DNA of 64,000 nucleotides from Octopus sinensis. Its lineage: Eukaryota. Below, in pieces: positions 50,996-63,872 of this stretch (the stretch's first letter is position 1; the number at the start of each line of letters is the position of its first letter). The position numbers were made by a program, and so were the translations under genes. The DNA lies in NCBI RefSeq assembly GCF_006345805.1, contig NC_042997.1, positions 64,108,001 to 64,172,000 on the forward strand, in the 5' to 3' direction. The notes below the pieces were generated by a model. It searched no databases, had not been told where the DNA came from, and saw nothing but the letters and a program-made list of their open reading frames with translations.

Positions 50996-52999
50996 CATAC
51001 ATATATAAATATATATATATTTTTGTAAAAGGTAAGGGATTACCCCAAAACTATTACCGGTATGCTCTCTGTTAGGTTTTCAAAATATGTAACTCAACAA
51101 TTAACATATAAATACATACAATAAATTCCCTATAAGAAATTAGAGAAATATTCCGTTGGATATTTCTGAATATATTTCGTTAACCATATAGATTTCCTGG
51201 AGTATAAATATTAACAATAATAATAATAATAATAATAAGGATTACTGCGAAGTTGCAATAGCCTTACCTTTAATTCTTTAATTTATATACCGTCTTACAT
51301 AGAACAACACAAATTTCAATTGCACCGATTAGTAACCGATGCAATTGCATCCCTACTTTAAATCGGTTCAGTTTCTTCACAGTCTTTATTTGATATCACT
51401 CGATATGGCGGTTTACAGATTTACTTTTATCAACTCTGCTGTGTATAACGTCGATCTTTCCGTTAAGTTAGACACGAACAATCTCTATTTCAATTCCTTA
51501 TTGGATAACCATTTTTGTCCACCATTTCAAACCTTCTATTGCTTATTCTATGACAATTATTCAATTATACGTGGCAAGTGTGAATTTTGTCAGGTGCAAG
51601 CATCTCGATGCTTACCCCTGTCAAGAATTTATTACATTGCCGTTATATGTGAAAATCCGTTAAAATTCTTCTAAACATGGGGCACATCTATTGGTTCCAT
51701 GTTTGTATGTTTTTGCATTACAAATTAACTCCCATTTAAAAGTTTAGTCTTCGTTACTCTCCTTAAAAGACCAGATTGATTGGCTTAGACTCGTATGGAA
51801 CTTTCTATTTTTGTCTTTAAATGAATTGAAATTATTTTCCAGTTTCTTCTTGAAAAGTTAATGATGTCCCACCCACGTAAAAGAATTGTTTACCTTCAGA
51901 TGGAACTTTACATTAAAATATTATATTTTTAGTCTTAGACTTATTTTCCACATACCAGGATTCCCGTTAAGAATAATTGCAAAGATAGTCTTTTATATTT
52001 CCTTAAGATTTAGTTTCAATTTGATCATTCATTGTAGAATTAAATTATCCAAGTTCTTTATTACTATTTACTCCTTTAAATGACGTCGACTTTGTTCTAA
52101 TTCTAGCTGAACTTTTATTTGATTTGACGTTAATAAATGAATCCAAAACAAGGCTTTGCCATGGCTTTGATATCCAAACTTTAAAGACGCAAAACTCTCA
52201 TTGACAACTCATCTTTACTAATCGATAATGTTACTGAGACGATCATGGGCTGCAAAACAGTTAACCTCCATATAGAAAATGAAAGTTAAGAGGCTGAGGA
52301 TGATTATCTATGGCATTTTCCTGGACCACTTCGAAGATTCAGCACTCGTACTACATCACTGAAGCTCATAGTTCAGTAAAGTTGGCATCTTACCGATGAC
52401 ATGAACATCCAAAATAATGTAGATCACACTGATAAATTAGCTTTCATATTTAGAATTTTAATTTTTCAGCAACCTCAGAAATTGCCTTTTCCCTTTTATC
52501 TAATGATTGGGGATCAGCTTATTTTGTTAAAACCTTTTTCACTGAACCGTTTTCCGGAACTTCGGTTATGAAAAAGTAGTTATCATTCATGCGTTTACAC
52601 ATCTAAATGTAAATTTAATTTTAGCTACACTTTGGACGCCTTCAACTTTAAATATGTTCGCACTAACTTGCATATTGTTTCTTTTTCTGTGAACAGCATT
52701 CTTAAGTTATTTCATTAGTTGGAATTCTTCTTATTTACTTTCACTTTGTGAAGTAGATGGTAAATGTAGTTATTTTTAGTATTCTAAAATATTTAACCAC
52801 ATATTATCATACAATTATTTCCCTTCATATTTTGACTACAACCCAAGTCACTATCGTCAATCTATTCAAGCACTTTGGATACTGTCGGGAAATAATAGAG
52901 ATGCACGATACCTTTACAAGTAGTGGGAACAGATGGCTTGTATACCATTATATATTAGAATAGTTTCTAATTTCAGCACAAAGTAAACTTTATTGCTTT

Positions 53000-53200
53000 G
53001 AAATTTTGACACAAAGGCACCAGTTTAATGGAAGGGTGCAAGTCGATTACATTGATCCATTTACTCAATTGGTACTTATTTTAAAGAATGAAAAACCAAG
53101 TCAGCCTTCGTGGGATGAAATCTCTGAAAGTAACTATGGACGAAATGCCACTAAGAAATTATGCTCGGCGTGCTAACGATTCTGCCTGCTCACAGCCGCC
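53000..53200 (-). mobile_element. Degenerate SINE family A
   Basis: gtcgattacattga...aagtcagccttcg...gtgctaacgattctgcc matches the family A reverse complement. Confidence 0.6.
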
Positions 53201-54074
53201 TTTACAAAGCCTAATGTATTCATACACCAACACCAGAATTTGTGTAATTATATTATCAACCCTGGATAGAATAAATAATGATGACTGAATCATGATTTAA
53301 ACTCAGTGATTAAAGAGCCGGACTACATAACGCTAGGTATTTTATCGACAATTCAGCGATTGTTGCCAGCTCGCTGTGATTTATGTATTAATGCATATAG
53401 TAATATATACTGTATATAATGAAAATACTCTTTCATTTCCATCATTTCTCGTAAGATAAAAACGTTTTATGCAAGCAGTTAGTGAGTGCATTTGTGAAAT
53501 GTTGACGAGACTTTTCACAATGTTAAGTGGATTACCTCAGCAGAAACTTCATTAGTATAGAAGTTATCGATTTTTTTCAGCATTCGATACGCTACACAAT
53601 CATGATTATTATAATACACAGAAATACTGTTTATGAGTAAAGCAGAAAATGTTCCATGTTCTCATATGAAAAATAAACCAATAGCAAAAGAAATGCACAA
53701 CAGGCAAATATGAGTAACACTACGAGATCACTTAACCTGATAGGAATAAAGTTTCTGCATCTTTCCATCTTAACCAAAAAAAAAAAAATGGGGGAACATT
53801 GAGCAGTACAATACCGGATTTCCTAAGGAAATTAAAAGAAGCATTACCAACTCTGAAGCGTCCTTTCCATAGTTCTACGGTATAGGTTACAATTTAGAAC
53901 AAGAACCATCAACAACAGTAACTAGTAAACTGTGTAAAAAGAAAACCGAGCGGCGATAATTCAATAAATTCGCCAATTTATAGGACTACCGTTTATTTTA
54001 GTGGATACAGCTTTTAAAGTAAAATCATATTTTGTGTAATGCTGTTTGATTATATATTTTTGTAAACTAAAAGC

Positions 54075-54230
54075 AGGAGTGGCTGTGTCTTAAGCTTGCT
54101 TCTCAACCGCATGATCACAAGCTCAGTCCCACTGCGTAACAACTTGGGCAAGTGTCTTCTACTATAGTTTCGGGGCAACCAAATCCTTGTGAGTAGATTT
54201 TGTAGACGGAAACAGAAAGGCGCTCGTCTT
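54075..54230 (+). mobile_element. SINE family B head
   Basis: ggagtggctgtg...cagtcccactgcgt...gggcaagtgtcttctactatag. Confidence 0.8.
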
Positions 54231-54255
54231 ATATGTATGTATGTATATATATATA

Positions 54256-55260
54256 TTAGTTCGTTAAGTATGAAATTTGTAGAAAAGAAAAAAAGTTTGC
54301 TAAAGTTTTATAAATTCAAGGAATAGTTTTAGTCTTCATAGTATGCACCCATATTGTCAATACACTTTTGCCAATTCGGCGGTAGCTTCTCCAGCCCGGA
54401 TCTCTAAAAGCCTGGCAATCTAGAGACAATAAAATCTTGGAAGGCCTGTTTTACAACATCATCGGAATTATTTTTTTTCCTATTAAAATGTTATCCATAT
54501 ACTGGAAGAAGTGATAGTCAGTGGGGGCAAGATCAGGTGAGTAGTGTTGGAGAACTTCCAACTCCAAATCCTGTAGTTCCGCCAGTGTCATTTTTGCGAT
54601 GTGTGGTTTGGCGTCGTGTTGCAATAAAACAGGATTGGATCTGTTAACTAACGTAGCCTGTTTTTTTTGTTAGTTTCTGCATCATTTGGTCCAGTTTGCG
54701 GCAGTATACTTTGGCCGTGATTGATGAGCCACGGCGAATGAAATCATAATGGATCACATCAGCTTCTTTTTATGAATTTTGCCTTTTAGACTGTGTTTTG
54801 GCGAGTCGTCTTTGTCCAACCATTTTGCTGAACGATTACGGTTGTTGTATTGGATCCATTTCTCATCACATGTTACTATTCGATTCAAAAATGATTCATT
54901 TTTGTGGCGGGAAACTAGCATAATGCAGGCTTCGAATCGTAGCTGTTTCTGGTTTTCATTAAGTTCATGTGGAACCCACTTATCCAAATTTATCAGTTTA
55001 CTGATTTGAATCGGCGGGTCAATATGATTTGCTTGCTAACACCAAGCAACAACGATGACTTTCAGTTCGTCATTATCCACCTTTGTCTAGTCGACAGCGT
55101 TGCTCATTTGTGAGGTCGAAGTTACCAGAACGAAATCTTGCAAACCAATTTGATACTGTCTGCTGTATAATAACATTAGAATGAAATGCCCCATTAATAT
55201 TCCGAGCTGTCTCTGACGCTGAATTTCGGACTTATCCATCTCTAAACAAAAATAGCAAAA
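54256..55260 (-). mobile_element. Decayed mariner, same family as 4400-5465, 5' end lost
   Basis: MDKSEI..., DKWVPHELNENQ, IVTCDEKWIQY. Terminus after TA at 54254-54255. Homology stops abruptly at 55260. Confidence 0.92.
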
Positions 55261-55317
55261 TGGCGTAGTGATTAAGAGCGCGGATTACTAACCCCAAGAT
55301 TCCAAGCAGTGACAATT

Positions 55318-55381
<64 letters not shown>

Positions 55382-55508
55382 ACTTGCTCATTTCCAAATA
55401 TCTCCTACTCCTTTAACGGATTCTTTTTTGACTACAACTACCAATACTACTACTACTACTCCTACTACTACTGATAATAATAATAATAACAACATCAACA
55501 ACAACAAC

Positions 55509-55552
<44 letters not shown>

Positions 55553-55710
55553 CAACATCGAAAAATACCTTCGGAATGAGAACCCAGGTTCGAAATTTCC
55601 CCGAATCACCTGATGAAGGCTGGAGAGTATATTAGTCGAAACGCAGTGTTAACAACAAACAAGATGAGGACAAATATACGTCAAATGTAAAAAATGTAAA
55701 TAATGTATCT
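55261..55710 (+). mobile_element. Non-coding tRNA-head plus Poseidon-like pLTR composite
   Basis: A box TGGCGTAGTG at 55261, microsatellites, then catcgaaaaatacct...ctgatgaaggctg...gaaacg...gttaacaacaaacaagatgagg. Confidence 0.75.
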
Positions 55711-55834
55711 ATACATGACGTTTGGCTGACCGGTTCGCGGAATAATTCTCAGGCAGCAGACTCGACAATGACACCCCGGTCTCGCACCATTTCCGGTCTA
55801 ACGGTCATTCACTACAACATATATATATATATAT

Positions 55835-56090
55835 ATATATGGATGAATCTCTCTCCTGACTCATATAGATTCATGGGGTTGGTTTCGCGGTTACCGTGTT
55901 GCATATATTCCCCCTTCGACGAGAAGCCGTTCCTTGGCAGTAATATTCACTTTCACTTTCGATTGTACTGGAACAATGCGAAGTCAAGTGTTTTGTTCAC
56001 GAACACAATTCCTCGCCCGTTTTCGGAATGCAAATCATAATCTTATGCTCATGGTTCCAACACGTTAAGCACTAATCCACATTCCCCCGC
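55835..56090 (-). mobile_element. Degenerate CORE-type SINE
   Basis: tRNA-like head plus a ttgtgttcgtgaacaaaacact...ttgttccagt core-like segment on the minus strand. Confidence 0.5.
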
Positions 56091-56091
56091 G

Positions 56092-56131
<40 letters not shown>

Positions 56132-56148
56132 ATGTGTGTGTGTGTGTG

Positions 56149-56180
<32 letters not shown>

Positions 56181-56479
56181 GGTGTGTGCGCGTGTTTGTG
56201 AGTGTGATTGTGTGTGTGAGGGAGAGAGAGTCAGTGTGTGTGTGTTAAAGAAAATGAGACAGCAGTGTAAAATTTCATGGACATTTATAAAGGAAAATGT
56301 AATCTTACAGCTGTTTCAGTGATATAAAGGATATCTCATAATCAGAGATGATATAAGAGAGTTAACCTGATGGAAATAGCAGAGTTCAATATAAAATGTT
56401 ATTTTTGAAAGGTAGAGATATAAGAAGTATAAATGAAGATATTTGAATAAAAATGAAAATGTATGTTGGATATATAAGT

Positions 56480-57505
56480 GTCTTCTTCTACATTGGGGCG
56501 GCTACTTCTAAATTATCCCAGAGGATTTCCAATCATTATTCAACTTTCCGAGATAAGAGAAAACAACAAAGCACAGGACTAAGTAAATTAGTTTGGCATC
56601 TTAAGGACAGCAATATAACTTTCAAGCTGGAATGGTCCATATTGTCTGTATCCTTTCCGTTTGATAAGGGCAGAACATTTTGTGGCGTCTGTAATTCCGA
56701 ACTATTCCATATACTTTTCGCCAAATTCCCTTTAGTAAATATAATGGTTGAAAAATTCTGTAGGTGCATGCACTGGCAGAAACACACCTTTCACTCATAT
56801 GAATGATGATTAATATAGATAACCTCCTTGAATTTAATAATTTGGTTCCACTTATACAACACCACCATAGACAAATTTTTATACTCATGAAGGACTACTA
56901 CCAATTTCGTTGGGGTATGCTTTGCCTTTGTCTCTCTACCTCTCCCTCCTCTCTCGCTCTCCCTCTCTCTATCGTAAGCACAATCAAACACACAGACACA
57001 AACCTGTCACTTCACCACTAGTTGTTTTTGACATCTACCCATCCACACACACAATCACGCACACACATACACACACATAGACACGAATGCAGTTATATAC
57101 ATACACACACATAGGCACTCAATCTCATTAGCAAAAGTAAACAACAACACATCCCATTCATATGACTTGCACCCTGTCACCTTCCTATTCTTAGATCTCT
57201 CCCCTTCCAACCTTGTTTGAACTCTTGAACTTTCTAGAATCTTCTACATTCAACCATTTTGACGTCACTGCTTAAACGGAATATTTTAAAGAAACACTCA
57301 TTATCGCTATGGACTCTGTGTGGGCAGTCATCTAAAAGTTTTTGTTCATCATGATGCTGACATAAGTTCCTTGTCTTTCCTGATGAGAAGGCGGCATAAT
57401 GCAGCCCTTATTCCTTCGAAACTAGGAATATGCAGTCTTCGAAACATATGTCGAAAATAAAGGAATTTTGTTAAATCGTCGTTCAACTCCATTCTTTCAT
57501 TTATT
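56480..57505 (+). mobile_element. Older Naiad-like PLE 3' fragment (GIY-YIG plus 3' UTR/pLTR)
   Basis: FYIGAATSKLSQRISNHYSTF...FCGVCNSE...CRCMH. The 3' UTR is colinear with 14810-15827. Confidence 0.88.
57374..57458 (+). ncRNA. Type I hammerhead motif, third Naiad-family copy
   Basis: TTTC-CTGATGA-GAAGGC...GTCTTC-GAAA-CATATG-TC|GAAA. Core intact. Confidence 0.7.
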
Positions 57506-57507
57506 TG

Positions 57508-57553
<46 letters not shown>

Positions 57554-57584
57554 CTCTCTCTCTCTCTCTTTTACTCTTTTACTC

Positions 57585-57621
<37 letters not shown>

Positions 57622-57624
<3 letters not shown>

Positions 57625-57794
57625 CATACTCCTACACAATTATGTGTATATAAGTGGGGATGTATAAATATATGCATATACATATATACATATACATAGG
57701 CACACGCAAACACTCATATACACTCCACACATATGTATATGCATATATTTATACATCCACACTTATATACACATAATTGTGTAGGAGTATGTAT
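57622..57794. repeat. Fold-back with 64-bp arms and a 45-bp spacer; right part duplicated at 59959
   Basis: 57622-57685 is the reverse complement of 57731-57794 (1 mismatch). 57695-57800 matches 59959-60064. Confidence 0.9.
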
Positions 57795-57795
57795 A

Positions 57796-57836
<41 letters not shown>

Positions 57837-57955
57837 GTAGCTGTTGTTCCATTATCCAAGGAATGTGATGTATTGAATGGGTAAAGAAGAATCTTGTCCA
57901 TTGTATGTAAACTCTGATAGGAGTCAATATTTTGTTATTACAAATGGATCGTGTG

Positions 57956-57994
<39 letters not shown>

Positions 57995-59599
57995 AGACAA
58001 AAAACGATCTCCTATCGAAAGCTGACTTTATTTAAAGTGGAATATTTAATTTTCACTTTCATATTTGAATAATTTTTTTCTGATGTTACTCAATTTGGTG
58101 TGAACCTACCCAGGAGTTCTGCAGTGAGACTCTTTTTACTGATGTACTCGAAGAGACCCAGAACGACTGGTCGAAATGTGTTGTACTCAATAAAATCTAT
58201 TACACATTCCATCTCCTACCACATTTATACTATATATATGCGTTTGTGTTTGTGGGTTGGGAGGGTATACGCGTTTGTGCATGCGCCTATGTATACGTGT
58301 GTATGCGTGTGTGAGCGTATGTATATATGTATATTAGAGTGTTTAATCAAAGCTACATGCAGAAGCAGTTACACATGCAGTCCATATATTTATAGATTTA
58401 TATACTTATAAAACGTACAAGAAAATGTAATGTTATTGCTTGGCTTCAGTTCTTGTTTATCGTTTATTTGTTTTTAGCTGTAGAACATAAATGGTTAAAG
58501 TATAAAGAATGAATACTAAAGAGACACAAGACATAGAAAAGGAACATTGTATATGAAAAGAACACCATAAGAAAAGCATTAAATATTCCATCGTAAAAAC
58601 CGTATCACACAAATGAATGCGCTAACTTCTGTCATATATTTATAAATATCAACACTGTGGGCTTGTGTATGCGTGTTTGCATGCTTCGGTATGTCTCTGA
58701 GAAAGAGAGAGTGTACTTGCATGCCGCTGTGTGTGCTTGTGCGTGACTATGTGTGTGTATGTATATGTGTATGTATGTGTATGTACGTGCGCATATGTAC
58801 TATTTGTAGTTATGCATAACTATTTTCCTGGTTAGAAAGTGAAAGAGATAAGCGTACCTAGTACTGGCCTACAGGTAGTGATAATTGAAGGAAATCCATT
58901 TAGAACGATGAAATATACCGAGAGATACAGAAGAAGCAAAATAGTGAGATTCAGCTGTATAATCGATGTAGGAAAGGCAGATAGATTGCCGTTTTGAGCA
59001 TGAATTGTGGAGAAACTGACAGATAATCTAATATCTCATAAACCGACGTGAAATATAAAATAAATTGCGTGGACTATTAGTACAACAGCAGCAATGAAAA
59101 TTTAAAAAACAAAACGCTGGTGTTGAATATCTAGTAAAAGGAAACAAAATTAATAATGAAACATAGAGATGTACAAACATGGAGATTTACAGAAATGATG
59201 AAAGAAAAGATACTAATGATTAGAAGGCTGGGGGTAAAACGATAAATGATTGTGGAAATAAAGGTAATAGGCTATAGAGTTAGCGGTTGAGGAAATATGA
59301 ACGAAGAATAAGATGGATGGCCAAATAAATGCGTTAGTAAGCAATGAGAGAAACAAAAATAAAAACGACAATAGCGAAGTGAGACAATGTGAAAAGAAAA
59401 TGGCACAAAAAGAAGCGTATAAAACTAGGAAGAAGAGATAATACAGAAAACAAACAGAAAAGGAAGCGGAGACATAGAAAAAAAAAGTCGGTGCGCGGAG
59501 GCTAAGGAAATACGAAATATAGAAACGGCAAGATAAAGATAATGAAAAGTCAAAAAAGAATGCGTTAAAGGAGTAGGAGATATTTGGAAATGAGCAAGT

Positions 59600-59663
<64 letters not shown>

Positions 59664-60051
59664 CAATAGGAGGAGGAAGGGGAGGAGGGAGAGCAAAGGA
59701 GGATTTGATGGTAGTGACGTGGTGAGGTGGAAGAATTAGATTGAAGACAACTACAAAAATCAAAATGATCAAAATGGAAAAGAAAAAGAAAACGCCAAGA
59801 AAGGGGAAATACTAAAAACATTGAAATTCAAAAAGAATAACAAATAAAAAAAACAAGAAATTACCAAAGAATGCGAAGTAGAAGTAACAAAATTCGCTAG
59901 GGAGTTTTGATAACAATAACACGGAAATAACAATTGGAAGAAGATAGTAGCGCGCACTCATAGGCACACGCAAACACTCATATACACTCCACACATATGT
60001 ATATGCATATATTTATACATCCACACTTATATACACATAATTGTGTAGGAG

Positions 60052-60104
<53 letters not shown>

Positions 60105-60148
60105 TTATATATATGTATATATATATATATATACATATATATACATAC

Positions 60149-60179
<31 letters not shown>

Positions 60180-60180
60180 C

Positions 60181-60224
<44 letters not shown>

Positions 60225-60375
60225 GTGTGTGTGTGAGTGTTTGTGTATTTATGTATATGTATATATGTAAAGATACATATCTGTACATTGAGAGGTAGTA
60301 TCTAAGATATATATATATATATATATAATATATATATATATATATAGATAGATAGATATATATTGTGTGTGAGCG

Positions 60376-60417
<42 letters not shown>

Positions 60418-60935
60418 GTTATTCACGCATATACACGTACTAATATCCATGTAAAACACCGTTCAATCGTTAAAATGGATGACAGAATAACAGGTAGCAT
60501 AGCTGGTAAATTTTGGATTAAAATACAAAAGGAGAGAGGGCTGACAGTATTGATTTTCGTGAATAGAAAAGTGATACTAGTGATGTGATTAACATACTGT
60601 TGCAACTGTTCTCCATATTGCCTTAACAACTTACATTCAATTATGTAATGCTTTTTTTCTAGTTCCATAGGCTTCTTCGACATATAAAAAAATTTCGCAC
60701 ATCGGAGCAGTCACATACCTGCATGCATTTACATGCATGTATAAATACGGACGCACACTCACACGCAAATGTGCACGCGCACAAGCATGCCCAAATAATA
60801 CACCGAGAGAAAATGTGAAAGAGAGAGTGAGAGAAAGGAAGATAGGGAAATTGGAAGTTAAATAAAATCATGGATACATAAATACATAAATACATACATA
60901 CATACATACATAATTACATATATATATATACATAC

Positions 60936-60998
<63 letters not shown>

Positions 60999-61015
60999 CA
61001 TACATACATACATAC

Positions 61016-61550
61016 AGGGGTAAGGTAAACTTATCCACTATCTTTTGTTATCAAATGACATTGATGTCTTAAATTGCATGTGTTGATTGCGTAAGACTTT
61101 TCATATATAAACGCTTCTACACGTCATTATTCAATGGAAACAAATAATGGATTGCGAGTTAATGCTACGTGCCGTTACTGAACCCTTGACGAAATATGTT
61201 TGTAACATGTCCAACATTCACAGGGGAAAGCAGGGTGATTACGGAGATAACATTCTGGACAAAAGCATTATGCACAGATGAATGAAATGTTTCAAGCCAG
61301 AAAAAGACATCATTGAAGAAAAACAAAAAAAAAACAAAAACCAACTCTGTTGGATACCATTAATTGCGACTAGTTGCACGAATCATCAGCATGTGGACGC
61401 ATCCGTTAAAATGGACAGATATCTCACAATACACGAGTTTGATGTACAACTACTCTGTAGTCGTCACTGATAACCAAGTAGGTAGAAAAAAATTGGGTAT
61501 TGAAAAGTGTAAAAATTGCATATCTTGGCTGAATAAAAAAACATGGTAGT
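61016..61550 (+). mobile_element. Highly decayed mariner N-terminal relic
   Basis: NIHRG...YGDNILDKSIMHR*MKCFK and HVDASVKMDRYLTIHE resemble mariner HTH regions. Begins (TA)CAGGGG. Confidence 0.5.
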
Positions 61551-61719
61551 TATTAAATTGCTGGAAGTGCATGAAGTCAATAGAGATTTGTGTGTTGAAC
61601 ATGTTAATTCTGATATTGGTGTCATACCTCTGCTCTAAAGATTCAAGAGCCAGATACAGGTCAGAAATTCATGTTGACTAAGTTGGATCGTTTACTACTT
61701 GATTTTCTGAACATTATTT

Positions 61720-63085
61720 ACATTATTTACAATTGACGGATATTTGTCCTTATCTTGTTTGTTGTTAACGCAACGTTTCCGCTGATATACACTCCAGCCT
61801 CCATTATGTGTCTTAAGAAAATTTCTAACCTGAATTCTTATTCCTTAGGTATTTTTCGATGTTGTTGTTGTTGTTATTATTATTACTAATCGAACTCGGA
61901 ATCTTGGAGTTAGTAGCCCCGCTCTTAACCAGTAAGCCATATGCCCGTAGGCAATTATGGAGTGAATTTTAAGACTTATAAATCTAACATTCTCCTATCC
62001 TTACTAAATGCCAGTTCCCATATGCTGCTCATATCTGCACTCGGTCTTCGTTGTGTCCTAGCATGTGTACTGCTTCTTTTAGTTTTCGTATTGTCCAGTA
62101 GTGTTCTCCGTCTATTATTTTAATTTCACCCCCACAGGGGGAGGTGGTCTCCATTTTTCCATACATGATCAGCTATACCAAATTTATTAATATCTCCCCT
62201 TGTCACAGTTTTCGATGTTCCGCTACCCTTATTTTGAGGGGGCGGCATGTTTCGCCTTTGTAGAACCTGCCACAATTGCATGGGATGGAGTACACGCAGT
62301 TCTTAGTCATATTCTCTTCTATTGGTGGGTTTTGTTTACTCGAAGGTTATATTTGCGAAGTGTTGTATTACTTTTGAATACTGCCCTGATGTCATATGGG
62401 CCACATATACTTTTTATCCTTTCGGAGAGGCCTTTCACATAGGGTAGACAGACTATGGGCCGTTTATCGGTTTCATCCTCTCTTTTCTTCATAATTGGAG
62501 TGAAGAGTATGCTTTTGGGATAGTTGTTGTTTAATAGATTGTTACTGAGCTTGATCATTTCTTCGTGGTGGGTATCCCGATAGCTACTTATATTCATTAC
62601 TCGATGTTTTAGGCACTGAGCATTTCCTCTCTTTACACTGTATGGATGGCGGGAATTAAAGTTGAGGTATCGTCCAGGGAAGGTCGACTTTCGGTATACA
62701 GATATTCCGAATCCATACTTGGTGCGTGTTATTAATAGGTCCAGAAATGCTAGCTGATTGTCTTTTTCTTTTTCCATTGTGAAATTTATGGATGATTTTA
62801 TTCAGTTCACATGGTCTAACAGCACTTGGACCTCTTCCTGCTGGGGCCAGATTATGAAAGTGTTATCAACATATCGCTCTTATAGGGTTGGTTTTAGTGG
62901 TGTTGATCCTAAAGCCAAATTCTCAAAGTATTCCATGTGTGTATAGTCTATTATCGGTGATAATGGCGAAGCCATAGCTAAACCCTCTCTATGTCGATAT
63001 ATATCAGTGTCCATACTGAAGTAGGTAGTTTCTATACAAAAGGTCAACATTTCCCTTAGATCATGTGGACTCAATAAAGCCATCT
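61720..63085 (-). mobile_element. 5'-truncated Poseidon-like PLE (RT core end, thumb, GIY-YIG, 3' UTR/pLTR)
   Basis: GLAMASPLSP; RYVDNTF (YVDD degenerate); FTMEKEKDNQLAFLD...VYRKST; CVYSIPCNCGRFYKGETCRPLKIRVAEH. Several stops. Confidence 0.9.
61888..61946 (-). promoter_or_regulatory. tRNA-like internal Pol III promoter within the PLE 3' UTR
   Basis: A box TGGCTTACTGG (61939-61929) and B box GAGTTCGATT (61897-61888), 31 nt apart. A GGG-CTACTAA-CTC anticodon-like loop lies between them. Confidence 0.7.
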
Positions 63086-63190
63086 ATACAGTTCACAATG
63101 GAAAAAAAAGACAATCAGCTAGCATTCCTGGATGTATTAATAACACGCACCAATATGGATTCAGAACATCCGTACACCGCAAGCCGACCT
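63085..63190 (+). mobile_element. Inverted PLE RT-thumb fragment at the 5' junction
   Basis: FTMEKKDNQLAFLDVLITRT..GFRTSVHRKPT; ~85% similar (by eye) to 62680-62790 in opposite orientation. Confidence 0.8.
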
Positions 63191-63834
63191 AATAAGCTTC
63201 ATTTGAATAAAATCTAGATTGATTGCGTATTGTGTAACAACCTGGGTATATTTTAGATGCAAAGAGCACAACAATATGTGATGCATGTAGATGATTGCTA
63301 TCTGATAAAATCTGCTGAGGAAATATAATATATGTATTATAGTTTTAGTAATAGAGAAATATTCTAAGGTTGTATGAAATATAAGTATTTCATTGCATGA
63401 TTTTCACTGTTTTCCTGACGCCTGCAAAAATTGCGGTTGTTTTCCTCATCAGTTAAGCAAGTTAAGAAGGATATTGTTGTCCTTCACAGTATTGATTTGG
63501 GTAAAATGTGTTTCATAATGTATTGCAATTCTATTATTTTTAATAGTTGTGAAATATTAATATAATCCTCATACCAATAAATACATAGAGGCTAAAATGC
63601 TCTGATAATTTCTATTATTTCTGTAATATATATTACTCAAAAGCGATATAATTCAATAAAGCTTCGAGAAATGAAAGGAATATCGTCATAATTTCAGAAA
63701 TCATTCCATACAATACAAATAAGTTTATATTCATGATATACTCTTGAAAAACCAATGGCGTTAGTAAAATATTTAGTGTCTAATTCCGGATTTATATAAT
63801 AAGCAATAAGAAAACAAACTACAACACATGACAC

Positions 63835-63872
<38 letters not shown>

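Noticed and set aside
59213-59821. 202-aa hydrophobic minus-strand ORF
   Set aside because: Low-complexity pyrimidine-rich sequence plus a (TAC)n tract; no domain.
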